58,786 bases of DNA from NCBI GenBank assembly GCA_947494115.1, contig CANLTT010000002.1:1-58786 (forward strand). The letters run 5' to 3'. The position numbers and the translations under genes are program-made. The number at the start of each line of letters is the position of its first letter. The first letter of the stretch is position 1. Below the pieces are notes generated by a model. That model made no database searches and was not told where the DNA came from. It was given only the letters and a program-made list of their open reading frames with translations. Source of the DNA: Candidatus Caenarcanales bacterium. GTDB taxonomy: Bacteria > Cyanobacteriota > Vampirovibrionia > Caenarcaniphilales > Caenarcanaceae. This document shows, one piece after another, positions 10,090 to 19,092 of this stretch.

Positions 10090-11910
10090 ATGATCAATTC
10101 TAATTTAGTTAATTTGTTTTTTCAGATTGCTGGCCAAAAACCTACCGAAATTTCTGCTTATTTTAAAAACAAAGAAGAAGAAAAAACTTTTAGTCAAATT
10201 ACTTGGCAAGAAAAAGCCCAAAAAGTACGCAATTTATCGGCTAATCTTAAAAACTTGGGTTTGCAAAAAGGCGAACAAATTGGCATTCTCTCTAATACAA
10301 GGCTAGAATGGACAATTAGCGATTTAGGTATTATGGCAAATGGTTGTATAACCGTTACTTTTTATCATACTTGCACACCAGAAGAGCTTATTTATTTAAT
10401 TAAAGATTCTGGTATTAGCTTTTTATTTGTGGAAGATAAAAAACAATTCAAAAAAATTGCGCAAATTGCCGACCAAATAAATCTAAAAGGTCTTTGTTTA
10501 ATTGAAGATTTTGAACCCGAATCCGAAATTAATATTCCAATTCACTCATTCAAAAAACTAAGCGAAAACCATTTGCCTTTTGAAGAAACCTTAATTGAAC
10601 CTGAAGATATTGCAAGCATTGTTTACACTTCGGGCACAAGTGGCCAATTAAAAGGGGTTATTTTGACCCACAAAAACATTTTACTTCAAATGGAAGCCAT
10701 AGCCGACCGTGTTCCACTGAGTATGCCACAAAAGAACAAACAAACAGACCCTGACGGACATTCACTTTTGGCTTTTTTAACTTCGGCACATATTTTTCAG
10801 CGCATTGCTGGCCAGTGGTATTTTATGAGTCAGGGACGGCCTATTTATTATTGTAAGCGTTTAGAACGTATTGGCCAATATTTAAAAGAAGGCCAAGCCA
10901 CCATTATTTTGAGCGTGCCTCTTTTAATGCAAAAAATCAAAGACAAAACTTTAGCCAAAATTGAAGAATTGCCGCAGGCGCAAAAAGTTGCAATTCAAAC
11001 TGCTCTCAAGGCGGCTATAGAACTTAAAAAAATCGAATTAGAAGCTAAAAGTTTTACCTTGCGCTTTGCGGCCAAAATGGCTCATATGGCTTTATACAAA
11101 TCGGTTTTGCATAAAATTAAAGAACAAATTAGCCCAAGTTTAATCGCCGTTATTTCAGGCGGAGCACCGATAAACCCCGAAACTATATTGTTTTTTCAGG
11201 CCATTGGTATTTATTTAATTGAAGGTTATGGCCTCACCGAAACAACTGGCATTATGACCGCTAATTCAACAAAGCTTTTAAAAATAGGTAGTGTTGGCAA
11301 GCCGCTTAAAAACTTGCAAATTAAAATTGCCGAAGATGATGAAATTTTGGTAAAAGGCGAAGTGATTTTTAAAAACTATTGGCAAAAACCATCAGCCACC
11401 AGCGAAGCTTTTACCGAAGACAATTGGTTTCAGACGGGCGATTTAGGACGTTTAGATGAAGATGATTTTTTATATATTATTGGCCGCAAAAAAGATTTAA
11501 TTGTAAATGCAGGTGGCAAGAAAATTTCGCCAGTTTTGATTGAAGAAGGTTTAAAAACAAGCCCTTATTTAGACCAAGTAGCGGTTTTTGGTGATAAACA
11601 AAAGTGGTTGATAGCTTTAATTACGCTTCAGAAAGCGGCTGTGCTTAAATTTGTTTATGGTAAAGAATGGGAAAGCAAAATCGATAATTGGCTAGAAGTA
11701 ATCGAAAAGGACGAAGTAAAAGAATTAATTGAAAAAGAATTAGAAAAATATTGTGCTCATTTGGCTGAACATGAGAGAATTCGCAGATTTAAAATTTTAG
11801 CTGAACCTTTCAATCAAAGCAAAGACGAATTAACTCATACCATGAAACTAAAAAGGCGCATTGTTGAAAAAAACTATGCCAGCGAAATTGCCAAACTTTA
11901 TGAAATTTAA
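10090..11910 (+). CDS. Long-chain-fatty-acid--CoA ligase / AMP-dependent synthetase
   Basis: AMP-binding motif 'YTSGTSGQLKGV', plus 'GYGLTET' and 'TGDLGRLDEDDFLYIIGRKKDLI'. Confidence 0.9.
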   Translation: MINSNLVNLFFQIAGQKPTEISAYFKNKEEEKTFSQITWQEKAQKVRNLSANLKNLGLQKGEQIGILSNTRLEWTISDLGIMANGCITVTFYHTCTPEELIYLIKDSGISFLFVEDKKQFKKIAQIADQINLKGLCLIEDFEPESEINIPIHSFKKLSENHLPFEETLIEPEDIASIVYTSGTSGQLKGVILTHKNILLQMEAIADRVPLSMPQKNKQTDPDGHSLLAFLTSAHIFQRIAGQWYFMSQGRPIYYCKRLERIGQYLKEGQATIILSVPLLMQKIKDKTLAKIEELPQAQKVAIQTALKAAIELKKIELEAKSFTLRFAAKMAHMALYKSVLHKIKEQISPSLIAVISGGAPINPETILFFQAIGIYLIEGYGLTETTGIMTANSTKLLKIGSVGKPLKNLQIKIAEDDEILVKGEVIFKNYWQKPSATSEAFTEDNWFQTGDLGRLDEDDFLYIIGRKKDLIVNAGGKKISPVLIEEGLKTSPYLDQVAVFGDKQKWLIALITLQKAAVLKFVYGKEWESKIDNWLEVIEKDEVKELIEKELEKYCAHLAEHERIRRFKILAEPFNQSKDELTHTMKLKRRIVEKNYASEIAKLYEI

Positions 11911-11943
11911 AAAATAGTTTGTAATAAGCTTGGTTTAAATTAT

Positions 11944-12086
11944 TAGACCTCTTGCAAATAATACAGCCTCACCCCCAACCCCTCTCCACAAGCAGAGAGG
12001 GGAGTTTTTATTTCTCCTAAAAACCGCTAGCTCTCTCTGTTAATGAGATGCTTCACGTTTTTACAATTTATTTTGCAAGAAGTCTA
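11944..12086 (+). mobile_element. MITE-like repeat, copy 1 (short form, orientation A)
   Basis: 143 bp. Terminal inverted repeats TAGACCTCTTGCAAATAA... and ...TTATTTTGCAAGAAGTCTA. The core is shared with 13924-14065, 24583-24770 and 28602-28794. Flanked by TTAT on both sides. Confidence 0.85.
11979..12013 (+). terminator. Intrinsic-terminator-like hairpin plus T-tract carried inside MITE copy 1, downstream of the acyl-CoA synthetase gene
   Basis: An 8-bp perfect stem, CCCCTCTC (11979-11986) with GAGAGGGG (11995-12002), an 8-nt loop, then AGTTTTTATTT. Confidence 0.55.
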
Positions 12087-12146
12087 TTATCATTAGGTTT
12101 TATGTGTCTTGAATGATACAATGGGATAACTCATAAATTTTAGGTT

Positions 12147-12635
12147 ATGTTTAAAAAGTTTTTAGTGACTTTTAATTTTGTTTTTGTTTTCTCTTTACTG
12201 GCTCTGGCTGATAATAATTGGGAGATTGATGCTAATCAACAATATGAAAACCAAAATGCTCAGCTGCAAAGCCAAGAACCAATACAACAACCAACTGAAG
12301 AATTAAAAAAACAAAATAATAGTTGGTGGCATAAAAATGATAATGACAAAAATAAAAATGATAATGATAAAAAATTCAATTATGAAAACTTCAAAAAAGA
12401 CCATAAAATCAACCGAGAAGAACGCAAACTAGAACAAGAACAACATAAGCGTGAAAAACAAAGATTAAAACAATTAAAAAAAGAAAATCAACTTCTAGAA
12501 GAACAAAAAAACCTCAAAAATAATTTATACAATAATCAAATCGATTTATCCAAGCTCAATCAAAAAAAGTCTTGGAAAGATAAATTAAAGTTTAAATCGA
12601 AAAAAAAGCAAAATCCTTTCATTCTTTACCCTTAA
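12147..12635 (+). CDS. Secreted low-complexity K/N/Q/E-rich protein, unknown function
   Basis: N-terminal signal peptide (FVFVFSLLALA) followed by a charged, repetitive sequence (KNDNDKNKNDNDKK...). No recognisable domain. Confidence 0.5.
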   Translation: MFKKFLVTFNFVFVFSLLALADNNWEIDANQQYENQNAQLQSQEPIQQPTEELKKQNNSWWHKNDNDKNKNDNDKKFNYENFKKDHKINREERKLEQEQHKREKQRLKQLKKENQLLEEQKNLKNNLYNNQIDLSKLNQKKSWKDKLKFKSKKKQNPFILYP

Positions 12636-12644
12636 AATAAAACA

Positions 12645-13916
12645 ATGCAAAATCTTAATTTATTTGTTTCAGCTGGTGAAGCTTCAGGAGATTTACACGC
12701 CGCCGAGGTTATTCATTTTTTGAAAGAATATTTGCCCGAAAATTGTACTTTAAAAGCTTGGGGAATGGGCGGCCAAAAGCTAAAAGAATGCGAAATAGAG
12801 CTAATTCAAGACTCTTCCGAAATGGGCATTATTGGCATTGCCGACATTATCAAAAATTTGGGGTTTTTATATAAACTTGAACAAAATTTAATTGCCCAAA
12901 TCAGAGAGCGCAAGCCAGATATTGCTTTATTAGTTGATTATCCCGGTTTAAATTTGCGCCTTGCGAAAGCGATTAAAAAATATGTGCCTTTTTGCAAGGT
13001 GGTTTTTTATATTGCACCGCAAGTTTGGGCTTGGAATAAAAACCGCATTAAGAAATTACCTTTTTTAATTGATCGATTATTAACAATTTTGCCTTTTGAA
13101 GAAGATTTGCACAAAACAGCTGGAACCTCAACCCGTTTTGTTGGTAATCCTTCGGCTTGGTCTATGCAAAACTTGCACCCCGCCACACGTGCCCAAATTT
13201 TAACCGCTTGCAATTTAAACCCAGAGCATAAAGTTATCGGTATTTTCCCTGGTTCACGAAAACGCGAAATTGATTATATGTTGCCAACTTTATTGCAATC
13301 TGCCAAACAACTCAAAGAAAAAAACCCAGATTTACAATTTGTTTTAGTGCGGGCAAATACCATTAAACAAGAGCAAATTCAAAAATATATTTCAAAAACT
13401 GGTTTTCAGCCAATAATTGAAACCTCCGAAAAAAACCATTATTTGCTTAAAGCCGTAGATATTGCTTGGCTTACTTCTGGGACAGTTACGCTTGAAGCCT
13501 CTTGCACCGAAACACCACTTATTTTAGGCTATAAAGAATATCCGTTGTTTTTTAAAGGTTATTTATTTTTGCGTCAAATCGATAAAATCGGGCTACCAAA
13601 TATTATTGCAAACGAATTTATTTGCCCAGAGCTTTTACAAGATGATTGCATTCCCGAAAAGTGGGTCGCAATTACGCAAGAATGGTTGAATTCACCCGAA
13701 AAACTTGAAAATATAAAACAAACTTTGCGCCAAAAAGTCAAAGAGCCGCTCACAACCGAAGTAAACCCAGCGGCCAATGTTGCATATGAGATTTTAATGA
13801 TTAATCAAATTAATAAAATTAGCCAAGAAAATCAAATTCATATGCGTCAACAAGCTCATAACAACAGCAAAAAAACCAAACAAGAAATTAGTCAAAAAGG
13901 CATAATTTATAATTAG
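12645..13916 (+). CDS. lpxB: Lipid-A-disaccharide synthase
   Basis: N-terminal 'SAGEASGDLHAA' and 'DYPGLNLRLAK' are LpxB hallmarks. About 40 aa of extra C-terminal tail. Confidence 0.9.
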   Translation: MQNLNLFVSAGEASGDLHAAEVIHFLKEYLPENCTLKAWGMGGQKLKECEIELIQDSSEMGIIGIADIIKNLGFLYKLEQNLIAQIRERKPDIALLVDYPGLNLRLAKAIKKYVPFCKVVFYIAPQVWAWNKNRIKKLPFLIDRLLTILPFEEDLHKTAGTSTRFVGNPSAWSMQNLHPATRAQILTACNLNPEHKVIGIFPGSRKREIDYMLPTLLQSAKQLKEKNPDLQFVLVRANTIKQEQIQKYISKTGFQPIIETSEKNHYLLKAVDIAWLTSGTVTLEASCTETPLILGYKEYPLFFKGYLFLRQIDKIGLPNIIANEFICPELLQDDCIPEKWVAITQEWLNSPEKLENIKQTLRQKVKEPLTTEVNPAANVAYEILMINQINKISQENQIHMRQQAHNNSKKTKQEISQKGIIYN

Positions 13917-13923
13917 GATGCAA

Positions 13924-14065
13924 TAGACCTCTTGCGAAATAAATTACAAGAACGTGAAACACCTCATCAACAGAGGGAGCTAGCGGTTTCCAGAAGAAAT
14001 AAAAACTCCCCTCTCTGCTTGTGGAGAGGGGTTGGGGGTGAGGCTGTATTATTTTGCAAGAGATA
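13924..14065 (-). mobile_element. MITE-like repeat, copy 2 (short form, orientation B, degraded right terminus)
   Basis: Reverse-complement match to copy 1 over its whole length. The right end reads ...TTTTGCAAGAGATACA instead of ...GCAAGAGGTCTA. It starts 8 nt after the lpxB stop. Confidence 0.8.
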
Positions 14066-14136
14066 CAATACATAAATACGCTCAATTTATCTAGACAAAT
14101 GCTTTATAATGACCAAATATCAAATAAATAAATTGA

Positions 14137-14613
14137 ATGAAGGCTATTTACCCTGGCAGTTTTGACCCGATTACAAATGGACATTTAGACATTATCGAAA
14201 GAGCGGCCGTTTTTTGCGATGAATTAATTGTGGCTGTGCTTGAAAATACAGAGAAACGCTGTTGTTTTACGGCGGAAGAACGCATAGAAATGATCAAAGA
14301 ATCGGTACAAAAATTAAATAATATAAGAATTATAAGTTTTAATGGTTTGGTGGTTGATTTGGCTCGCCGAGAAAAAGCCAATTCTTTAATTAGAGGAATG
14401 CGTGATATTGGTGATTTTCGCTTTGAGTGGGAAGCGGCGCAGTTAAATAAAATTGGCGGTGTCGAAACCTTGTTTTTAATGACAAACCCCAATTATGCTT
14501 TTATTAGCTCTTCACGCATTAGAGAGATTGCAAGATTTGGTGGAAATGTGGCACACTGGGTACCAGAATCAGTTTATAAACGTCTGCAGATTTTTTCGAG
14601 GAGATCTTCTTGA
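14137..14613 (+). CDS. coaD: Phosphopantetheine adenylyltransferase
   Basis: 'YPGSFDPITNGHLDII' and 158 aa. Confidence 0.95.
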   Translation: MKAIYPGSFDPITNGHLDIIERAAVFCDELIVAVLENTEKRCCFTAEERIEMIKESVQKLNNIRIISFNGLVVDLARREKANSLIRGMRDIGDFRFEWEAAQLNKIGGVETLFLMTNPNYAFISSSRIREIARFGGNVAHWVPESVYKRLQIFSRRSS

Positions 14614-15464
14614 GCATTTACAAACTACTTGACCGAATGCTGTCATTAGTGGAGAGTGCTCCTATTATTCCGTTTTTTGGCATAAAGCTGGTTGGTTCTA
14701 AAGATTTACAAAATTTAATTGAACAATCGGTCGCAGAATTGCCCGAAGAATTAGCCGAAGCAAGGCAATTGGTGTCTCATGAAGAGCAAATTTTATTTTC
14801 GGCTCGTAGACAAGCAGAAGAAGTAGTTGCCAGAGCCGAAGAAGAATCTAGACGCATAGTTGCTTCCGCTCATGAACAACTGCGCCAAATTGTAAATGAA
14901 TCCGAAGTTATAAAAGCCATCAATGCCGAAGCCGAAAGAATTAGACTGCAAGTTAGAAATGAAGCGCAAAAAATTTACCAATTAACTGAGCAAGAAATAG
15001 CCCAAGCCGAAGATGCTTCTCGCCGCCAAATACAAAGAGTTTTGGACACAGCCATCATTGAAGCTGAAACAATAAAGCGTGGAGCCAATTCTTATGCTGA
15101 AGCGGTTCTACATGAGCTTGAAAGAACAACAGTTGGTGCAATGTCTATTATTCAAAATGGCCAAAAACAATTAGACCAAGTTTCTAAACAAAATTTGCGT
15201 GCCGAACAGCTGGGGCGTTTTCAGGGTGCTTTAGGTGAGTTAAAAAATATTCATAGTAATCTTTTAATCGAAAATCCTAAAGGCGATCAAACAAGTATTC
15301 CACGCCAGAGTGATCAAACAAGTATGCCACGACACGGTGATCAAACAAGTATTCCACGACAAAGTGATCAAACAAGTATGCCACGACACGGTGATCAAAC
15401 AAGTATTCCACGACCAAATGAAACTTCTAGCTTTCCAGACGGAAATTCTAGACAGAAATTTTAA
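14610..15464 (+). CDS. Coiled-coil protein (ATP-synthase-b/FliH-like helical region) with a C-terminal 10-aa tandem repeat
   Basis: The TTG start overlaps the coaD stop (TTGA). About 180 aa are A/E/R/Q-rich helical sequence. The C-terminus carries GDQTSIPRQS/DQTSMPRHG repeats. Confidence 0.6.
   Translation: MSIYKLLDRMLSLVESAPIIPFFGIKLVGSKDLQNLIEQSVAELPEELAEARQLVSHEEQILFSARRQAEEVVARAEEESRRIVASAHEQLRQIVNESEVIKAINAEAERIRLQVRNEAQKIYQLTEQEIAQAEDASRRQIQRVLDTAIIEAETIKRGANSYAEAVLHELERTTVGAMSIIQNGQKQLDQVSKQNLRAEQLGRFQGALGELKNIHSNLLIENPKGDQTSIPRQSDQTSMPRHGDQTSIPRQSDQTSMPRHGDQTSIPRPNETSSFPDGNSRQKF
15282..15413 (+). repeat. In-frame tandem repeat, 30-nt unit x about 4.4 (or 60-nt unit x 2.2)
   Basis: ggcgatcaaacaagtattccacgccagagt / gatcaaacaagtatgccacgacacggt ... 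recur almost perfectly. Confidence 0.9.
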
Positions 15465-16473
15465 AGTTTTTCCAAGATTCTAAGGCTTGCCCCGAAACAA
15501 TTAATTCTTTGGCTTGCGCAAAACCTTTTTGAATGCTTTCAGCACGGTCAGAGAGCCATAAAATTAAGCCAGTATTCAAGCAAATAGTATTTATTAAAGC
15601 TGGATTAGCTTGGTTTTGTAATATTTTATAAAAGATTTCGACATTTTCTTGGGGCGAGCCACCTTTTAAATCGCTCAAATTACAATTTTCTTCTAAGCCT
15701 AAATCGCTTGAATTTAGCTCTAGATAAGTAATTTTATTATTTTCTAAAAGCCAAATTTGATTCACTCCACACAAACTAGCTTCATCTAAACAAGGAAAAC
15801 CATGCACAACAATTGCTTTTTGACGACCTAAAATTTTCAAAGCCGTAATCATTAAAAGCCCCCATTCTGGCTTTGAAACACCAATTAGCTGATGTGTAAT
15901 GCAAACTGGATTAGTGAGAGTTCCGATTAAACCAGTTTGCCCCGAAAAACCCAGTTTGCGGCAAGTGTTTTTCCATTTTCCTAAAATATCATGCAAAGCT
16001 GGAGAAGCAATAAAACAAATTCCTTTTTTCTCTAATTGGTTTTTAATTTGCACACAATCGGTCAAGCAAAGAATTTGTAAAGCTTCCAAAAAATCAATAC
16101 TTCCCGAAGCACTAGTTGTTTTGCGGCCGCCATGTTTAGCAATTTTCACTCCCAGAGCCGAGGCCAAAAAAGCACTAGTCGTAGAAATATTAAAAGTATT
16201 TGAGCCATCGCCTCCAGTGCCACAGCAATCAATAATTTGCCCTTCTAATTTGATTGTAGGCAATTTTTTTAAAATATTTTGGGCAATTAAGGCTAATTCT
16301 AAAGAAGTTTCACCTTTGGCTTTCCAACCAGCTGTTAAACAGGCCAATTCAATTTCTGAACTTTCCGAATCACTCAAAAAATCAATAAACTTAGCTGTAA
16401 ATTCTAAATTTAGCTCTTTTTTTTCTTTCAAAAAATTTATTAATTCAAAAAAATTATTCATATTTAATACCAA
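15448..16473 (-). CDS. trpD: Anthranilate phosphoribosyltransferase (glycosyltransferase family 3)
   Basis: 'CGTGGDGSNTFNISTTSAFLASALGVKIAKHGGR'. 341 aa. No other trp genes lie nearby. Its 3' end overlaps the convergent gene by 17 nt. Confidence 0.85.
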   Translation of the reverse strand: MVLNMNNFFELINFLKEKKELNLEFTAKFIDFLSDSESSEIELACLTAGWKAKGETSLELALIAQNILKKLPTIKLEGQIIDCCGTGGDGSNTFNISTTSAFLASALGVKIAKHGGRKTTSASGSIDFLEALQILCLTDCVQIKNQLEKKGICFIASPALHDILGKWKNTCRKLGFSGQTGLIGTLTNPVCITHQLIGVSKPEWGLLMITALKILGRQKAIVVHGFPCLDEASLCGVNQIWLLENNKITYLELNSSDLGLEENCNLSDLKGGSPQENVEIFYKILQNQANPALINTICLNTGLILWLSDRAESIQKGFAQAKELIVSGQALESWKNFKISV

Positions 16474-16495
16474 GAAATACTAAACCAAATTTAAA

Positions 16496-18283
16496 TTAAC
16501 TATTCACAAGTTTATAATAATGGCCTTTTTGTGCCATCAAATCAAGAGGTGAACCATCTTCAATAATTTCTCCTGCTTGTAGATAAATAATGCGGTTAAA
16601 GTCTTTAAGGCCAGAAAGTTTATGTGTTACTAAAATTACAGTTTTATTCTTTTTTAATTCGGTAAGACTGGCTTTTATAAGTTCTTCAGAATGCAGGTCT
16701 AATGCGCTTGTTGGTTCATCCAAAATAAGCAAAGGACTGTCTTTCAAAAAGGCTCTTGCAATTGCTATTCTTTGCCTTTGTCCGCCCGATAAATTGTTTC
16801 CACGTTCAGTTACAAAGTCTTCTAAAGAATTTAAAAAATCCACTTTGGCAAATTCTAAAGCTTTTTTTAATTCGGCTTCGCTAGCTGATGGTTTGGCTAA
16901 AAGCAAATTATCTTTCACCGAACCACTGAATAAAAACGGATCTTGAGGCACAAAGCTGATTAAAGCCCGCAAAGAAATTAAATTCCAGTTTTTAACATTA
17001 ATATTTTTTATTTTGAGTTCCCCCGCTTTTAAATCATAAAGCCGAGGTATTAATTTTATAATTGTACTTTTTCCGCCACCTGAAGAGCCAACTAAAGCAA
17101 TTTGTTCGCCTTCTTTGATGTTTAAATTTATATTTTGCAAAACTGGCAATTGGTGAGCGTATTCAAAGTAGGCATTTTGGAATTCTATTTTTAATTCAGG
17201 GCTAAAATTGCAAAAAGCCAAAGGAATAGTTTTAATTTCGCTCTCTGAATCAATTAAGTCAAAAATACGATCTGAAGTTCCGATAATTTGATTAATTTGA
17301 GCTTGCACTCGAGAAAGCCTTTTAATCGGCTGATAAAGCAAAATAACCGCAATTATATAAGAACTAAAATCGCCAATTGTTTTATGTCCAGCCAAAACCT
17401 CACGCAAGCCAAACCAAATAATTGCTCCAATCGCTAAAGAAACTATAATGCCCAAAAAAGGTCCAATTAAAGCATCTGTCCAGAGTTGTTTGCGCAAAAC
17501 CTGAATTACTTCTTTGGTTTTATGCTTAAATTCATGGTGTCTGTTTTCTTGAATATTAAATAAATTTACTAAGTCTGCGCCCTGAATGGTTTCAGAGATA
17601 AAACTTGCCAAAACACCAGTTACTTCTTGGCCTTTATTAGAGAGCTTGCGCAGTTTTTTGGTGAATTTAGACAAAAACAAAAATAAAGCGGGCAAAACAA
17701 TTAAACCAATTAAACTCAGCTTCCAGTCAGTGAATAAAAGCCATAAACCTAAAACCAAAGCCGAAATTGAATCTTTGAGTATGGCGGTTAAAACTTCAGC
17801 AATTAAGGCTTGAACAGTGTTTAAATCGCTAATTAAACAAGAAATTAAATCGCCAGAATTTTTTTGCCGTATTTGGTTTAAACTCAAATTTATAAGCTTT
17901 TTATGGGCTTCTTCTCGCAATTCATTGCTAATTAAAACTCCAAAAAACCTTGTATTAAAAACCGAAATAAAATTAAGCAAGCCGTCTAAAGCATAAATGC
18001 CAAGCAAAATTAAAGGCATTATATTTATGGCTTTTTTAGGGCTAAAGCTTAAAACAAAGTTTTGTAAACTCAAATAGTTTTGTAATTGTTGCGGAATTGG
18101 ATTAAAACTAATATTTTCGGCAAACAGTTTTCCTTGAGCCAAAATGTCAATTATAATTTTAAAAACCAAACTTGGCCAAGCCGACACCAAGCCAGCCAAA
18201 AGCATAGCGATAAAACCTAAAATCAAACGAGGCCAATGTTTTTTACCCAGCAATAAAATGCGGCTCAAAATATGCTTTTTCAT
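16496..18283 (-). CDS. ABC exporter, fused permease/ATPase (MsbA-like lipid/multidrug exporter)
   Basis: Six-TM N-terminal half. Walker A 'GSSGGGKST', signature 'LSGGQRQR', Walker B 'LLILDEPTS'. Confidence 0.85.
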   Translation of the reverse strand: MKKHILSRILLLGKKHWPRLILGFIAMLLAGLVSAWPSLVFKIIIDILAQGKLFAENISFNPIPQQLQNYLSLQNFVLSFSPKKAINIMPLILLGIYALDGLLNFISVFNTRFFGVLISNELREEAHKKLINLSLNQIRQKNSGDLISCLISDLNTVQALIAEVLTAILKDSISALVLGLWLLFTDWKLSLIGLIVLPALFLFLSKFTKKLRKLSNKGQEVTGVLASFISETIQGADLVNLFNIQENRHHEFKHKTKEVIQVLRKQLWTDALIGPFLGIIVSLAIGAIIWFGLREVLAGHKTIGDFSSYIIAVILLYQPIKRLSRVQAQINQIIGTSDRIFDLIDSESEIKTIPLAFCNFSPELKIEFQNAYFEYAHQLPVLQNINLNIKEGEQIALVGSSGGGKSTIIKLIPRLYDLKAGELKIKNINVKNWNLISLRALISFVPQDPFLFSGSVKDNLLLAKPSASEAELKKALEFAKVDFLNSLEDFVTERGNNLSGGQRQRIAIARAFLKDSPLLILDEPTSALDLHSEELIKASLTELKKNKTVILVTHKLSGLKDFNRIIYLQAGEIIEDGSPLDLMAQKGHYYKLVNS

Positions 18284-19092
18284 TAAAAACTATTATTTTC
18301 CTCGGGGAAACGTTCACTACGAACATCGCTAGCATATGCCAAAAGAGCACGGCGCATTTCTTTTTCAAGATCTAAATATTTTTTGACAAATTTCAAATTC
18401 AAATCGGTTTTGCCAAGCATATCGTCAATTACCAAAATTTGGCCATCACAACCTAAACCCGCCCCAATACCAATAGTTGGAATTCTTAATGATTGAGTAA
18501 TTTGACTGGCTAATTCTTGCGGAATCAATTCTAAAACTAAAGCAATTGCGCCAGCCATTTCTAAAGAACGAGCTTGTTCAAAAATATCTTGTGCCGAGCT
18601 TTGAGTGCGACCTTGAACTTTGCCAATTCCTAAAACACCCGCCGATTGAGGCGTATAACCTAAATGTCCAACAACTGGAATACCAATCTCTGTGAGCTTT
18701 TCGACAATTTTTAAAGTTAATTCGGTTGCGCCTTCCAGTTTAATTGCTTTGGCTCCCGCCTTCAAAAGCTCGCTAGCATTTTTTAAAGCTTCTTCAACTG
18801 ACACCTGAAAAGACAAAAAAGGCATATCAGCCACCAATAAAGCTTTTTTTATGCCACGGGAAACCACCTTCGTATGGTAAACCATTTCAGTCATACCAAT
18901 TTCATATGTATTATTACATCCAGCAAAAACATTAGCCAAGCTATCTCCAACTAAAATAAGGTCTATTCCAGCAGAATCTACAATTTGAGCGGTTCTAAAA
19001 TCATATGCCGTTAAACAAACAATTTTTTCGCCACGACTTTTATAAAGAATTAAATCGACTGGCTGTATTTTAGAATCTGCGCTTTTTACCAC
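18283..19092 (-). CDS. panB: 3-methyl-2-oxobutanoate hydroxymethyltransferase
   Basis: 'CLTAYDFRTAQIVDSAGIDLILVGDSL' and 269 aa. Confidence 0.92.
   Translation of the reverse strand: MVKSADSKIQPVDLILYKSRGEKIVCLTAYDFRTAQIVDSAGIDLILVGDSLANVFAGCNNTYEIGMTEMVYHTKVVSRGIKKALLVADMPFLSFQVSVEEALKNASELLKAGAKAIKLEGATELTLKIVEKLTEIGIPVVGHLGYTPQSAGVLGIGKVQGRTQSSAQDIFEQARSLEMAGAIALVLELIPQELASQITQSLRIPTIGIGAGLGCDGQILVIDDMLGKTDLNLKFVKKYLDLEKEMRRALLAYASDVRSERFPEENNSF

Noticed and set aside
12147-12635. The low-complexity K/N-rich ORF as possible non-coding AT-rich spacer
   Set aside because: I kept it as a low-confidence CDS because it has a convincing signal peptide and sits 9 nt upstream of lpxB in the same orientation. 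I could not support any function.
13888-14085. 65-aa ORF (…PQPLSTSREGS…), and the similar 69-aa ORF at 28723-28932
   Set aside because: Both lie almost entirely inside MITE copies (2 and 4). The 'protein' is just a translation of the repeat core or terminus.
15282-15413. The tandem repeat as a possible CRISPR array or minisatellite
   Set aside because: The units are contiguous with no spacers. They are in frame within a CDS and encode a sensible decapeptide repeat. No cas genes are present in the window.
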